64,000 nucleotides of DNA from Alphaproteobacteria bacterium (GTDB lineage: Bacteria > Pseudomonadota > Alphaproteobacteria > Bin95): the NCBI GenBank assembly GCA_963665325.3, contig OZ224045.1, forward strand, positions 608,001 through 672,000, read 5' to 3'. This document shows positions 38,977-49,588 of the stretch, one piece after another (position 1 is the first letter of the stretch; each line of letters begins with the position of its first letter). The translations under genes and the position numbers were made by a program. The notes under the pieces are model-generated. The model did no database searches. It worked only from the letters and a program-made list of their open reading frames with translations, and was not told the DNA's origin.

Positions 38977-40235
38977 CGGTCGAGTTCTGGATCGTCGTCG
39001 GCGCCATAGTCGCGCTGCTGGTGCTCTCGGCGTTCTTCTCCGGGTCCGAGACGGCCCTCACCGCAGTCAGCAGCGCGCGCATGCACCACCGCGCGCGGCG
39101 CGGCGACGCGCGCGCCGCGGCCGTGCGCCGCCTGCGCGCCGACCGGGAGGGGCTGATCGCGGCAATCCTGCTGGGTAACAACCTTGTAAACATTCTGGCC
39201 GCCTCGCTGGCGACAAGCCTGTTGATCGGCCTGTTCGGAGAGGCCGGCATCGCCTATGCAACCGCCGCGATGACCTTGCTGATCCTGGTCTTCGCGGAGG
39301 TATTGCCCAAGACCTACGCCTTCAACCGCGCCGACCGGGTAGCGCCGGCTGTGGCGCCGGGAATAGCCTTTTTTGTGCGGGTGTTCGGGCCGCCGGCGCG
39401 GGCGGTCCAGTTGGTTGTGCGCGGCATACTTCGCCTTTTCCGCATTGCGGGCGGTCCGGCGGGCGGGTCCGAGGAGCACGAGGAAGAGCTCAGGGGCGCC
39501 ATCGAACTGCACCGCGGCGAGGGCGAGGAGATCCGCGACGAACGGCGGATGCTGCGCAGCGTGCTGGACCTTGGCGATGTGTCGGTCGGCGAGGTGATGA
39601 CCCACCGGCGCAACATGGCGATGGTGGACCTCTCCCTGCCGCCGGAGGATATCGTCGTGCAGGTGCTGGCCAGCCCGTACACCCGCTTGCCGCTCTGGCG
39701 GGACGACTCCGACAACATTGTGGGCGTGCTGCATGCCAAGGCCGTTCTGCGGGCGTTGCACGAAACCGGCGCGGCGAGCCTCGACGCGGCTGCGCTCGCG
39801 GCCAGGCCATGGTTCATCCCCGACCAGACCACCCTGCTCGACCAGCTGCACGCCTTTCGACGGCGGCGGGAGCATTTCGCCCTTGTCGTGGACGAATACG
39901 GCGCGCTGATGGGACTGGTGACGCTTGAAGACATTCTGGAGGAAATCGTCGGCGACATCGCCGACGAGCACGACATTGCCGTGCCGGGTGTGCGCGCCGA
40001 ACCAGACGGCTCCTATGTCTGCAGCGGCGGCGTGACCATCCGGGACCTCAACCGCGAATTCGAATGGTCGCTTCCCGACCAGGACGCCACCACCATCGCA
40101 GGACTGATGCTGCGCGAGTCGCGGCGCATCCCCACACCCGGCCAGGCATTCGATGTCCACGGATTCCGTTTCGAGGTGCTGCGCCGCAACCGCCAGCAGA
40201 TTGCGACCATCCGCATCACACCGCCCCGACGGTGA
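38973..40235 (+). CDS. HlyC/CorC (CNNM-CBS) family transporter
   Basis: [35 protein letters not shown]. Confidence 0.92.
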   Translation: MTVEFWIVVGAIVALLVLSAFFSGSETALTAVSSARMHHRARRGDARAAAVRRLRADREGLIAAILLGNNLVNILAASLATSLLIGLFGEAGIAYATAAMTLLILVFAEVLPKTYAFNRADRVAPAVAPGIAFFVRVFGPPARAVQLVVRGILRLFRIAGGPAGGSEEHEEELRGAIELHRGEGEEIRDERRMLRSVLDLGDVSVGEVMTHRRNMAMVDLSLPPEDIVVQVLASPYTRLPLWRDDSDNIVGVLHAKAVLRALHETGAASLDAAALAARPWFIPDQTTLLDQLHAFRRRREHFALVVDEYGALMGLVTLEDILEEIVGDIADEHDIAVPGVRAEPDGSYVCSGGVTIRDLNREFEWSLPDQDATTIAGLMLRESRRIPTPGQAFDVHGFRFEVLRRNRQQIATIRITPPRR

Positions 40236-40288
40236 CGACAGGGCCGCGGCGGGGGCTATAATCGGCGCGATTTCGAGGGAGGGCCCCC

Positions 40289-41068
40289 ATGGCCGAGCGC
40301 GAATACTGCACCGTCGAGCGCGACGGGCGCCTGTTGATTGTCACCCTGAACCGTCCGGAGCGCTATAACGCGCTGCATTTCCCGGCGCATTTCGAACTGG
40401 CGGAAGTCTGGGACGAGTTCGCCGCCGACCCCGAACTCTGGGTCGCCATCGTCACCGGGGCGGGCGACAGGGCGTTCTGCGCCGGCAACGACCTGCGCTT
40501 CCAGGCCGAGGGCAATATCCGCAAGCGCTGTCCGACCGGCTTTGCTGGCCTCACCGACCGTTACGACCTCAACAAGCCCGTCATCGCCGCCGTCAACGGC
40601 TTCGCGATGGGTGGCGGTTTCGAGACCGCGCTGGCCTGCGACCTGATTATTGCGGCCGAGAACGCGATTTTCGCCCTGCCGGAGCCTCGCGTCGGCCTCA
40701 TGGCGGGCGCCGGCGGCGTCCACCGCCTACCCCGGTTGATCGGCGAGAAGCGGGCTCTCGGCATGATCCTGACCGGGCGGCGCGTGGGCGCGGCGGAAGG
40801 CAAGGAACTCGGCTTCGTCAACGAGGTCGTGCCCGAAGGCGAGGCCGTGGCGGGCGCCCGGCGCTGGGCCGAGCAGATTCTGGAATGCGCGCCGATCTCG
40901 ATCCGGGCATCGAAGGAAGCGGTCTATGCCGGCATGAACGAGGCGACCCTGCAGACGGCCATTGCCCGCACCTATGAAGAGCAGCATGTACTGATCGGCA
41001 GCGCCGACTATATCGAGGGCCCGAAGGCATTCGCCGAGAAGCGCCCGCCGGTCTGGCAGAACCGGTGA
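40289..41068 (+). CDS. Enoyl-CoA hydratase/isomerase family protein
   Basis: AFCAGNDL, KPVIAAVNGFAMGGGFE, FALPE. Confidence 0.93.
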   Translation: MAEREYCTVERDGRLLIVTLNRPERYNALHFPAHFELAEVWDEFAADPELWVAIVTGAGDRAFCAGNDLRFQAEGNIRKRCPTGFAGLTDRYDLNKPVIAAVNGFAMGGGFETALACDLIIAAENAIFALPEPRVGLMAGAGGVHRLPRLIGEKRALGMILTGRRVGAAEGKELGFVNEVVPEGEAVAGARRWAEQILECAPISIRASKEAVYAGMNEATLQTAIARTYEEQHVLIGSADYIEGPKAFAEKRPPVWQNR

Positions 41069-41931
41069 TGGAACCGCAAACCTGGCTCGACGGGGTCTGG
41101 CACGCCGGCAACCCGCCGATCTTCGGGCCGATGACGCATGCGGCGTGGATGGCCTCGGTCGTTTTCGACGGCGCGCGGGCCTTCGAGGGCGTCGTGCCGG
41201 ACCTCGATCGCCACGCGGCCCGCGCCATCGATTCCGCGCACGCGCTCGGCCTCGCTCCGAAGATTGAGGCCGAGGAGATCGCCAGGCTCGCCATCGAGGG
41301 CGTGCGGCGCTTTCCGGAGGGGACGGAGCTCTATATTCGCCCGCTGTTCTGGGCCGATGAAGGCTTCGTGGAGCCGGAAGCCGAGTCCACCCGTTTCATG
41401 CTGACGCTCTTCGAGCTGCCGCTGCCCGCGCCCGACGACAGCGTGACGGCGGCCGTTGCCGAGGAGCGCCGCCCGCGGCCCGCCATGGCGCCGACCGACG
41501 CCAAGGCCTCGTGCCTTTATCCCAATGTACAGCGAATGATACGCAAGGCGCGCCAGCGCGGCTTCTCGACCGCCGTGGTGCTGGACCCGGACGACAAGGT
41601 AGCCGAATTCGCGACCGCCAACCTCTTCATGGTCAGGGACGGCAAGGTCGCTACACCTGCCGACAACGGCACCTTCCTCAACGGCATCACCCGCCAGCGG
41701 CTCATCGGGCTGTTGCGGGAGGACGGACACGATGTCGCCGAGCGGACCATCGATCTGGAGGAGCTGCTGGAAGCCGACGAGGTGTTCGCGACCGGCAATG
41801 CGCCGAAGGTGGTCTCCGCGAGCCGCATCGAGGAACGCGACTTCCAGCCCGGACCGGTTGCGCGCCGGGCCCGCGAACTCTACTGGGCGTTCGCCCATGC
41901 GCACGGGAAGCCGGAGGATTTCGGACTGTGA
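41065..41931 (+). CDS. Class IV PLP aminotransferase (branched-chain amino acid aminotransferase-like)
   Basis: VFDGAR, LYIRP, AKASCLY, EFATANLF, LNGITR. Confidence 0.88.
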   Translation: MMEPQTWLDGVWHAGNPPIFGPMTHAAWMASVVFDGARAFEGVVPDLDRHAARAIDSAHALGLAPKIEAEEIARLAIEGVRRFPEGTELYIRPLFWADEGFVEPEAESTRFMLTLFELPLPAPDDSVTAAVAEERRPRPAMAPTDAKASCLYPNVQRMIRKARQRGFSTAVVLDPDDKVAEFATANLFMVRDGKVATPADNGTFLNGITRQRLIGLLREDGHDVAERTIDLEELLEADEVFATGNAPKVVSASRIEERDFQPGPVARRARELYWAFAHAHGKPEDFGL

Positions 41932-42386
41932 AGGCCATCGATCCCTGGACGCTTCCGGCCAAGACCGGCTCCGCCTATCCACCGCCGTTCGACGAACCCG
42001 TCCGCAACCGGGAAAAGCGCGCGCTCGGAGATCCGTTCAGCCTCCGGAACTTCGGCGCCAATCTCGTGCGCCTTCCTCCGGGAACGGAAAGCTCGCAGCG
42101 CCACTGGCACAGCCGGCAGGACGAGCTTGTCATGGTCCTGGAAGGCGAGCTGGTGCTGCTGACGGATGAGGGTGCGCAGGTGATGACGCCCGGAATGGTC
42201 GCGGGCTTTCCGGCCGGGACGCCCGACGGGCACAAGCTGGTCAACCGCTCCCCGGAAGACGCCGTCTATCTCGAGGTCGGAGACCGGATGCCCGGCGACG
42301 CCACCGCTTATTCCGACATCGATATGCGCTCTCTGGCAACCGAAGGCGCCCGGCAATTCGTCCATAGGGACGGTACCCCTTACTGA
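41928..42386 (+). CDS. Cupin domain protein
   Basis: SSQRHWHSRQDE, GFPAG...GH; GTGA overlap. Confidence 0.9.
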   Translation: MKAIDPWTLPAKTGSAYPPPFDEPVRNREKRALGDPFSLRNFGANLVRLPPGTESSQRHWHSRQDELVMVLEGELVLLTDEGAQVMTPGMVAGFPAGTPDGHKLVNRSPEDAVYLEVGDRMPGDATAYSDIDMRSLATEGARQFVHRDGTPY

Positions 42387-42401
42387 GGAGCAACGCGCGT
42401 C

Positions 42402-43028
42402 ATGGCGCTCACGATCTACGGCATCGCATTCAGTCGCGCCTTCCGGTCGCTCTGGGCGGCGAACGAGCTCGGGCTCGACTATACCCATGTGCCGACGCAC
42501 TTCATGAAGGAGTCGAAGCAGGCCGACTATCTCGCCGTCAACCCGAACGGGCGGGTGCCGGCTATGGTGGACGGCGACCTCGTCCTGTTCGAGTCGATGG
42601 CGATCAACCTCTACCTGGCCCGCACCTACGGGGCGCCGCTGCGCATCGACGACGCCAGGGACGAAGCGCGCGCGGTGCAGTGGAGCTTCTGGGGGATCAC
42701 CGAGCTGGAGAGCACGCTGCTGAGAGCGATGTTCACCGCGCTCGGCCTCTTCGGCGAGGAGGCCGATCCCGCCAAGGCCAATGAGACGCTGAACAAGGGC
42801 GCCGGCCGCGCGCTGACCGTCCTCGACCGCCATCTGGACGGCCGTGACTGGCTTGTCGGCGAGGACTTCAGCGTCGCCGACCTGAACGTCGCCGGGGTCC
42901 TGAACCTCGCCCGCACCGCGAAGCTGGACCTTTCGCCGTGGCCGAATGCCGCCGGCTGGCTCGACCGCTGCTACGACCGGCCGGGGGCGAGGAAGACGCT
43001 GGAGATGGCCCGCTCGGCGCGCGGCTGA
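42402..43028 (+). CDS. Glutathione S-transferase family protein
   Basis: NPNGRVPA, ESMAINLYLA, FSVADL. Confidence 0.92.
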   Translation: MALTIYGIAFSRAFRSLWAANELGLDYTHVPTHFMKESKQADYLAVNPNGRVPAMVDGDLVLFESMAINLYLARTYGAPLRIDDARDEARAVQWSFWGITELESTLLRAMFTALGLFGEEADPAKANETLNKGAGRALTVLDRHLDGRDWLVGEDFSVADLNVAGVLNLARTAKLDLSPWPNAAGWLDRCYDRPGARKTLEMARSARG

Positions 43029-43052
43029 ACCCTCCGGCGGCGGGAGGCGGCG

Positions 43053-44225
43053 ATGAAGATTGTCGAAGTGGAGGCCGTCGCGCTTGCCGTTCCGATGAAG
43101 AGGCCGATCGCGGCGCCGATCAGCATGCCGAGGGCCGACGAGACCGCCGGGATCGTCTTCAGGGAATACCGCTCGGTCATCGTCCGCATCCGCACGGATG
43201 ACGGCATCGAAGGCGTCGGCGAATGCATGACCCGGCTCTCGGGAACGGCGCTGCGCGATATCGTCCGCTATGTCGCCCCGCTGCTGGTCGGCAAGGACCC
43301 GCGGGACGTCGAATATCTCTGGGACCTGCTCTGGTCCGTGATGATGAACCGCGGCCACCAGAAGGGCTTCTACCTTGAGGCCATGGCCGGCATCGACACC
43401 GCGCTCTGGGACATCTGGGGCAAGTCGGCAGGGGTTCCGGTCTGGCGCCTGCTCGGCGGCAGGACCAATCGGAAGCTGTGGGCCTATGCCTCTTCGCTCC
43501 GGCTGCGCGACATCGGGATATTGCGGGACGAGATCGACGCGCACAAAGAAAACGGCTTCAACGCGATGAAGATCAAGATCGGCAAGGACCCGATGAACTG
43601 GCGCGGGGAAATCCGCACCGTCGAGCAGATCCGGGACCATGCCGGCGACGGGATTACCCTGATGGCCGACGTGAATTGCGGCTACGGGCACGACCGCAAG
43701 ACCGCGCTCCAGGTCGGACAGGCGCTCGAATCACTGGGCCTCTATTGGTACGAGGAGCCGCTGGCGCCGGACGATATCGACGGCTACGCCTTTCTCCGCG
43801 AGAAGCTCGGCATCCGGATTGCGACCGGGGAGGCCGATTTCAACCGTTTCAGCTTCGCGCGCTTCTTCAAGCGCGATGCGATAGACATCGTCCAGCACGA
43901 TGCGGCGCGGGCGGGCGGCATTACCGAGGCGCGGAAGATCGCCGACATGGCGTCGGCCTTCCATGTGCTTTACGCGCCGCATACCGGCAGCTCCTCCAAC
44001 ATCATCATGACGGTGTCGCTGCATCTGGCGACCTATGCGCCCAACTTCCTGATCTACGAATACATGCAGAGCGACTGGAACCGCGAGGAGCGCAATCCGC
44101 TTCGCGAGGACCTGTGCAAGCTGCCGATCAAGTCGTTCGAGGACGGTTATCTGGAGATGGAAGACCGCCCGGGTCTCGGCATCGCGCTGAACGAGGAAGT
44201 CGTCGAGAGATACCGCCTGCCCTGA
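43053..44225 (+). CDS. Mandelate racemase/muconate lactonizing enzyme family protein
   Basis: IDTALWDIWGK, KIK, D/E/E metal ligands (MADVN, EEP, GE), RPGLG. Confidence 0.93.
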   Translation: MKIVEVEAVALAVPMKRPIAAPISMPRADETAGIVFREYRSVIVRIRTDDGIEGVGECMTRLSGTALRDIVRYVAPLLVGKDPRDVEYLWDLLWSVMMNRGHQKGFYLEAMAGIDTALWDIWGKSAGVPVWRLLGGRTNRKLWAYASSLRLRDIGILRDEIDAHKENGFNAMKIKIGKDPMNWRGEIRTVEQIRDHAGDGITLMADVNCGYGHDRKTALQVGQALESLGLYWYEEPLAPDDIDGYAFLREKLGIRIATGEADFNRFSFARFFKRDAIDIVQHDAARAGGITEARKIADMASAFHVLYAPHTGSSSNIIMTVSLHLATYAPNFLIYEYMQSDWNREERNPLREDLCKLPIKSFEDGYLEMEDRPGLGIALNEEVVERYRLP

Positions 44226-44431
44226 CGCGAGAGCATTGCGCCGGACCTCGCCACCAGCCTTTTCGGTCGGTCGGGAACGCCGGGACTATCGTTTCCATAC
44301 CGGCGGGGCTCCTCGACTCCTGCCCCCGGCATATGCCAAACTTTGTCTTTACATATGCTTTCGGGGCTCCCGATGGTACCGGGTGTATCAGAGCATTCTT
44401 CGTCCAGCCCCAACATGCAAAGGGATGACGA

Positions 44432-44635
44432 ATGGCCGAAGACCCCAACACCGGGCAACGCCTCGATCATATCGAGGAAGCGATGGTGTACTTCAATCGC
44501 CGCCAGAATGAAGACCTCGCCCTGTCGCAAGAGATGAGGCTGGACTTCCTGCAGGAGTTCAAGGCGGTTCGGAAGGCGATCTACATCATGGCCGCGGCGC
44601 TGGTCTTCACCACCGTCGCGGTATCGTTCGTATGA
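44432..44635 (+). CDS. Small protein with coiled-coil-like body and C-terminal TM anchor
   Basis: 67-aa ORF, high-GC3 codons, hydrophobic C-terminus. Confidence 0.55.
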   Translation: MAEDPNTGQRLDHIEEAMVYFNRRQNEDLALSQEMRLDFLQEFKAVRKAIYIMAAALVFTTVAVSFV

Positions 44636-44700
44636 TTCCCTGCAAGGCCTGACCGGCGCGGGGCAATCCCGCACCCTTCACCGAATACGCTGTCCCTTCT

Positions 44701-46248
44701 TCAGGGCATCACGCCGTGGCGCAAGGTCGGGCCCGGTGCCTCGGTGCGGCGCATTTCGGCGCGGTCGAGCGCCTCGATCAGGCGCGAGCGGGTTTCCGCC
44801 GGGTCGATCACATCGTCGATCTTCATAGCTTCGGCCGCCGGCCAGGCGCCGCAGAGGCGCCCATATTCCCGGACCAGACGGTCGTAAAACGCATCCGGGT
44901 CCTCGGCGGCCTCGATCTCGGCCTTGTAGGCGGCGCGGATGCCGCTCTCCAGCGGGATGGCGTTGAAGTCCGCCGTCGGCCAGGCAAGTACCGCCGACTG
45001 CTCCGCTCCATAGCCGCCCATGGCCGCCGCGCCGTAGCCGAACGCCTTGTGCAGCACCACCGTCACGAGCGGTGTGTCGGCGAAGGCGAAGCTGCTGGCC
45101 ACTGCCATTCCGACCCGGAGCGCCCCTTCCCGCTCCGATTTCGGCCCCGTCATCACGCCCGGCGTATCGGTCAGGAAAACGACCGGCAGATGGTAGGCCG
45201 CCGCCAGGTCGATGAAGCGGCGCAGCTTGTGGCCGGCCGCTGCCGTGATCGCCCCCGCCATCACCTTCGGCTGGTTCGCCGCTACCGCCACCGCCCGCCC
45301 GTCAAGGCGCGCGAAGCCGGTAATCATCATGCGGGCATATTCGGGCTTGAGCTCGAAGAAGCTCCCCCGGTCGAAGATCGCCGCAACCGCCTTCTTCATG
45401 TCGTAAGGCCGGCGCCGGTTCGCAGGTATGAGACTGCGCAGCGTCTCCGGCGCCCCGTCAGGAGCGGGCGACGGTTCCACCTGCGGCGGCCAGGCCCAGG
45501 CATTGGCCGGCATGAAGGAGAGGTAACGCTTGAGTTGCCGGATCGCATCGGCTTCGTCCTCGGCGGCGTTGTCGGCGACGCCCGAGATGCGGCAATGCAC
45601 CTCCCAGCCGCCCAGCTCCTCCTTCGAGACGCGTTCGCCCGTGCCCATGGCGACCAGGGGCGGGCCGCCAGCGGCCAGCATGCCCTCCCCCTTCACCATG
45701 ACGATGAACTCCATCATCGAAGCCAGAAGCGAGCTGTCCCCGGCGGTCGGGCCCAGCACCGCCGCAATCGTCGGCGCGGTGCCGGAGAGCCGCGCGACAT
45801 TCATGAAGTGGTGCATCGGCGCGAGCCCCTCGCCGATATACTCGTCCGTGCGCGCGCCGGCGCCGTCGAACAGCCAGACCAGCGGCACCCGGTCCCGCCT
45901 GGCCAGTTCGATCATCCGGTTCTTCTTCTCGAAGTTCACCAGTCCGAGCGAGCCGCCGAGCACGGTGAAATCCTCGGCGACCACGCCGGCAATGCGCCCG
46001 TCGATCCGCCCGAAACCGGTCACGACGCCGTCCGCGGGCGTGTGCTTGTCCTTCACGGGCGTGACGCGGGTGGGGGCATGCGTTGCAAGGCCGCCAATCT
46101 CGGTGAAGCTGCCCGCGTCCATGAGCATCGCGACCCGCTCGCGAGCCACCTGCTTGCCTGCCCGGCGCTGGCGCGCGACCTTCGCCTCGCCTCCATGCGC
46201 TTCGGCCACGGCCCGGCGGCGCGCCAGTTCCTGCAGCAGGTCGGTCAT
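44701..46248 (-). CDS. Acyl-CoA carboxylase carboxyltransferase (beta-type) subunit
   Basis: ARERV, ADGVVTG, DFTVLGGS, EELGG, DTPG, DDVIDPAETR. Confidence 0.92.
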   Translation of the reverse strand: MTDLLQELARRRAVAEAHGGEAKVARQRRAGKQVARERVAMLMDAGSFTEIGGLATHAPTRVTPVKDKHTPADGVVTGFGRIDGRIAGVVAEDFTVLGGSLGLVNFEKKNRMIELARRDRVPLVWLFDGAGARTDEYIGEGLAPMHHFMNVARLSGTAPTIAAVLGPTAGDSSLLASMMEFIVMVKGEGMLAAGGPPLVAMGTGERVSKEELGGWEVHCRISGVADNAAEDEADAIRQLKRYLSFMPANAWAWPPQVEPSPAPDGAPETLRSLIPANRRRPYDMKKAVAAIFDRGSFFELKPEYARMMITGFARLDGRAVAVAANQPKVMAGAITAAAGHKLRRFIDLAAAYHLPVVFLTDTPGVMTGPKSEREGALRVGMAVASSFAFADTPLVTVVLHKAFGYGAAAMGGYGAEQSAVLAWPTADFNAIPLESGIRAAYKAEIEAAEDPDAFYDRLVREYGRLCGAWPAAEAMKIDDVIDPAETRSRLIEALDRAEMRRTEAPGPTLRHGVMP

Positions 46249-46302
46249 CCCCTCATCCTTCAGCGCGCCGTGCAGCAGCAGCCGGGCGCGACAGCCTCCG
46301 GT

Positions 46303-46839
46303 TCAGACCGCGTCCCTCAGCTTGAGCTTGAGGCCGACCACCGCATAGCGGTCGAGGCCCGTGATCTCGGCGATCTCGGCAAATGGCAGGCGCGTTTCGT
46401 TGAGCAGCACCGTCGCATGCTGGACGGGCTCCAGCCGGCGCCGGCTTCGCCATATGAAGCTCGGCCCCGGCTGCCTGCGCACACGCTCTTCCTCGCGGTC
46501 CAGCCCCCGGCGCAACGCGTCTTCCCATGCGGCGCGGAAGCGGGCGCGGTCCTCCTCCGCGTGCCGTTCGCTCTCCCGGAAGGCTTGCGCACGCGCCGCC
46601 GCCCGTTGCCGCCGCATCCGCTCGAACGGGCTCTCCTCGCGAACGAATTCCGGTTCTTCGCCCGACCGCGCGGCTTCCGAGAGGGACATACCGTGGCGTG
46701 AGGCCAGCCGCCGGGCCGCCGCCAGCGCCGCCTCGCGCTCGCCGTCGTAGGAACTGCCGGCCGCCAGTGCCAGCAAGCTCCGGAAACGGGTCCGCTCCGC
46801 CTCTGCAAATCCGGTCGGGATGGAACCTCTCCCTCGCAC
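46303..46839 (-). CDS. Hypothetical protein with DUF2786-like N-terminus and C-terminal HTH-like segment
   Basis: LLALAAGSSYDGEREAALAAARRL; LPFAEIAEITGL. Confidence 0.6.
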   Translation of the reverse strand: MRGRGSIPTGFAEAERTRFRSLLALAAGSSYDGEREAALAAARRLASRHGMSLSEAARSGEEPEFVREESPFERMRRQRAAARAQAFRESERHAEEDRARFRAAWEDALRRGLDREEERVRRQPGPSFIWRSRRRLEPVQHATVLLNETRLPFAEIAEITGLDRYAVVGLKLKLRDAV

Positions 46840-46945
46840 GAAACTACAATTCTACAATCCCGGCACCGGGTAGGGAAACCGTTATTCGACGCACGCGGCC
46901 GGCAGCGAATGCCGTTATGGTGGCGGAAAACGGGAGTGGCGCAGC

Positions 46946-47815
46946 ATGGCGGACGGGACTTTCGGCTTCATCGGCCTTGGCAATATGGGCGGGCCGATGG
47001 CCCGTCATGCCGCCGCGACCGGACGGGAGACGGTCGTGCACGACATCGCCGGCACTGCGGACCGGGCGCCCCCCGGAGCGATGGTCGCGCAGTCCAATGG
47101 CGAGGTCGCGCGCCGGGCCGGCATCGTCGCGCTTTCGCTGCCTACGGTCGCCTCCAATCGCGAGGTCGTGCTGGAAATTGCCGCAGCCGGACGCAAGGGG
47201 CAGATCGTGGTCGATACCTGCACTATCGGCCCGGCCGCCGCGCGCGAGAACGCTCGCATCCTGGCCCAAGCCGGCATCGCCTATCTCGACAGCCCCGTTT
47301 CAGGCATGAAATTCCGCGCCGAGGAGGGCACGCTGGCCAGCATGGCGTCCGGTTCACAGGAAGTCCTGGACCGTGCGCGGGAGATGGTCGGGGCATGGTC
47401 CCGGACGATCTTCCATGTCGGCCTCGAACCGGGGCTCGGCCAGACGATGAAGCTCGTCAACAACGCGCTCAACATTTCCACCCTCGTGACCTCCTCGGAA
47501 GCGGTGTCCTACGGCGAGCGCGCCGGACTCGACATCGCCACGATGCTGGAGGTCATCAATGCCAGCACGGGGCAGAATTTCACGACCCTGCATGCCTTCC
47601 CGAAGCATGTTGCGACGGGCGAATTCAGCGGGTCGGGTGCGGAGGCCCATGTCGTCAAGAAGGACCTCGGGCTGTTCGTCGAGGGCGCCGGGGCGGACGG
47701 CGCGCCCTGCCCAACGATCCTCCGCGCCTACGACACGGTTGCCGCCTTCGCGGACTCCGATCCGGGCCAGGACATGATCCGGATCTACCCCTTCGTGCGC
47801 GACGGGGCGTCCTAG
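46946..47815 (+). CDS. NAD(P)-dependent oxidoreductase, 3-hydroxyisobutyrate dehydrogenase family
   Basis: GFIGLGNMGGPMA, DSPVSG, KLVNN, KDL. Confidence 0.92.
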   Translation: MADGTFGFIGLGNMGGPMARHAAATGRETVVHDIAGTADRAPPGAMVAQSNGEVARRAGIVALSLPTVASNREVVLEIAAAGRKGQIVVDTCTIGPAAARENARILAQAGIAYLDSPVSGMKFRAEEGTLASMASGSQEVLDRAREMVGAWSRTIFHVGLEPGLGQTMKLVNNALNISTLVTSSEAVSYGERAGLDIATMLEVINASTGQNFTTLHAFPKHVATGEFSGSGAEAHVVKKDLGLFVEGAGADGAPCPTILRAYDTVAAFADSDPGQDMIRIYPFVRDGAS

Positions 47816-47888
47816 CATGAACTTTTTTGTGGCGCGGACCGACCCCGTTCGCGGGTAAGGTCTGGCGTTCTCCCCTTCCGGCCGGTCC

Positions 47889-49076
47889 GTGATGCTCAAC
47901 GATCCCGTCAAGCGCAATGTGCTGCTGCTTGCCGTCTGCCAGGCGCTCTACATATCCGCCACGACCCTGATGATCGTGACGGTGCCGCTGGTCGGCAAGA
48001 TGCTGGCGGACGATCCCGGGTGGGCGACCGCGCCGCTCTTCTTCCATCACGCCGGCGTCATGAGCGCCTCGATTCCGGCCTCGCTGCTGATGCGCCGGAT
48101 CGGGCGTCGTGCGGGCTTCATGCTCGGCACAGTGATCGGGTGCGTGGGGGCGCTGATCGCCGTCCAGGCAATTTACGACATGAGCTATTGGGGCTTCTGC
48201 CTCGGCGTGACCGTAGTCGGCTGGTTCAACGGATTCGCGATCTTCTACCGCTTTGCCGCTGCCGACATCGCAACGCCCGAGTTCCGGCCCAAGGCCATTT
48301 CCCTGGTGCTGGCCGGCGGACTGCTGGCGGCCATCATCGGCCCGGAACTGGCAAAGCACACGCTCGACTGGCTGGCGCCGGTCTTCTACGCCGGCAGCTA
48401 CCTCTCGCTGGTCGGGCTCTATCTCCTCTCCTTCTGCCTTCTCGCCTTTGTGAAAATTCCGAGGATGAGCGCGGAGGACCGGCGCGACACGGGCCGTCCC
48501 CTGCTCGAAATCCTGCGCCAGCCCGCCTGTATCGTCGCCATCCTGGCGTCGGCGGCCGCCTACTCCACCATGTCGCTGGTGATGAGCCCGACGCCGCTGG
48601 CGATGGAGGCCTGCGGCTTCGACACAGACGACACCTTCACCGTCATGCAGGCGCATGTCATCGGCATGTTCCTGCCCGCCTTCTTCACCGGCCATCTGGT
48701 GTCCCGTTTCGGGGCGCGGCCGATCATCCTGTCGGGCATTGCGATGATCGCCGTCTGCGCCGCCGTCAACCTGACCGGCATCACGCTCGCGCATTTCGCC
48801 GTGGCGCTCTTCCTGAACGGGGTCGGCTGGAACTTCATGTTCGTCGGCGGCTCCTCGCTGCTCACCGAAGTGCACACGCCCGCCGAGCGGGCCAAGGTGC
48901 AGGGAATCCACGATTTCACCGTCTTCGGCACGATCGCCGTCTCGGCGCTGTTCTCCGGCCGCATCCTGGAGGACCTCGGCTGGGACTGGATCAATATCGG
49001 CATCCTACCGATGATTGCCGTGGCGCTCATCGCCACCCTGATACTTGCCGGCTCCCGCCCCCAGCGGGCAGCCTGA
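47889..49076 (+). CDS. MFS transporter
   Basis: YRFAAAD, TPLAM, HVIGMFLP, GWNF; ~12 TMs. Confidence 0.9.
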   Translation: MMLNDPVKRNVLLLAVCQALYISATTLMIVTVPLVGKMLADDPGWATAPLFFHHAGVMSASIPASLLMRRIGRRAGFMLGTVIGCVGALIAVQAIYDMSYWGFCLGVTVVGWFNGFAIFYRFAAADIATPEFRPKAISLVLAGGLLAAIIGPELAKHTLDWLAPVFYAGSYLSLVGLYLLSFCLLAFVKIPRMSAEDRRDTGRPLLEILRQPACIVAILASAAAYSTMSLVMSPTPLAMEACGFDTDDTFTVMQAHVIGMFLPAFFTGHLVSRFGARPIILSGIAMIAVCAAVNLTGITLAHFAVALFLNGVGWNFMFVGGSSLLTEVHTPAERAKVQGIHDFTVFGTIAVSALFSGRILEDLGWDWINIGILPMIAVALIATLILAGSRPQRAA

Positions 49077-49116
49077 CCCGAAGCACGACTGTCATCTTCG
49101 GCCTCTCTGGAACAAA

Positions 49117-49177
49117 AATCTATTATCTATGAAAAAATTCATATAATAGATTGACTCAAGAAGGCTGGGTCCTATAT
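49117..49177 (+). promoter_or_regulatory. AT-rich palindromic operator overlapping a sigma70-like promoter
   Basis: AATCTATTAT-CT-ATGAA-AAAA-TTCAT-ATAATAGATT; TTGAC-N16-CTATAT. Confidence 0.6.
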
Positions 49178-49533
49178 GTAGCGGACGGAAGCAGGCGGCA
49201 TCCGCGGAACCGCCTCGACCTCCGCGTCGGCGCCGACGCAAAAAACACCCTGAGGAGATGACAGGAGAAGTGCGCCTTGCGGCCGGCCCGCGCGCGGGCG
49301 CAATCAGGCGCGCGAACCGCGCCGGCACCAGCGGGCGCGGGCGCGCCCCCGCGATACGCGCGAAACAGGGTCCCGCCGCGCCAGACGAACCGGCGGCGGG
49401 GCGAACGGAACGGAGAGCGACCGGGAGGAACGACCGATGCCGAAGACGCCAAGCCGGAAAATCGGAAGCAATATCCGGAACGGCGGCAGCATGCCCGAGG
49501 AGACAACGGCATATGCGCCGTCCGTATGCGGAA

Positions 49534-49588
49534 CATGACAGTCCATGACAATTCCGTAGGGCCGCATGACAAAACATGACATTCCCGG
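49534..49588 (+). repeat. Four phased CATGACA direct repeats
   Basis: Starts at 49534, 49544, 49565 and 49575. Confidence 0.75.

Noticed and set aside
49534-49581. Canonical Pho box upstream of hppA
   Set aside because: Repeat period is 10 bp rather than the 11 bp of PhoB sites; kept as an unexplained motif instead.
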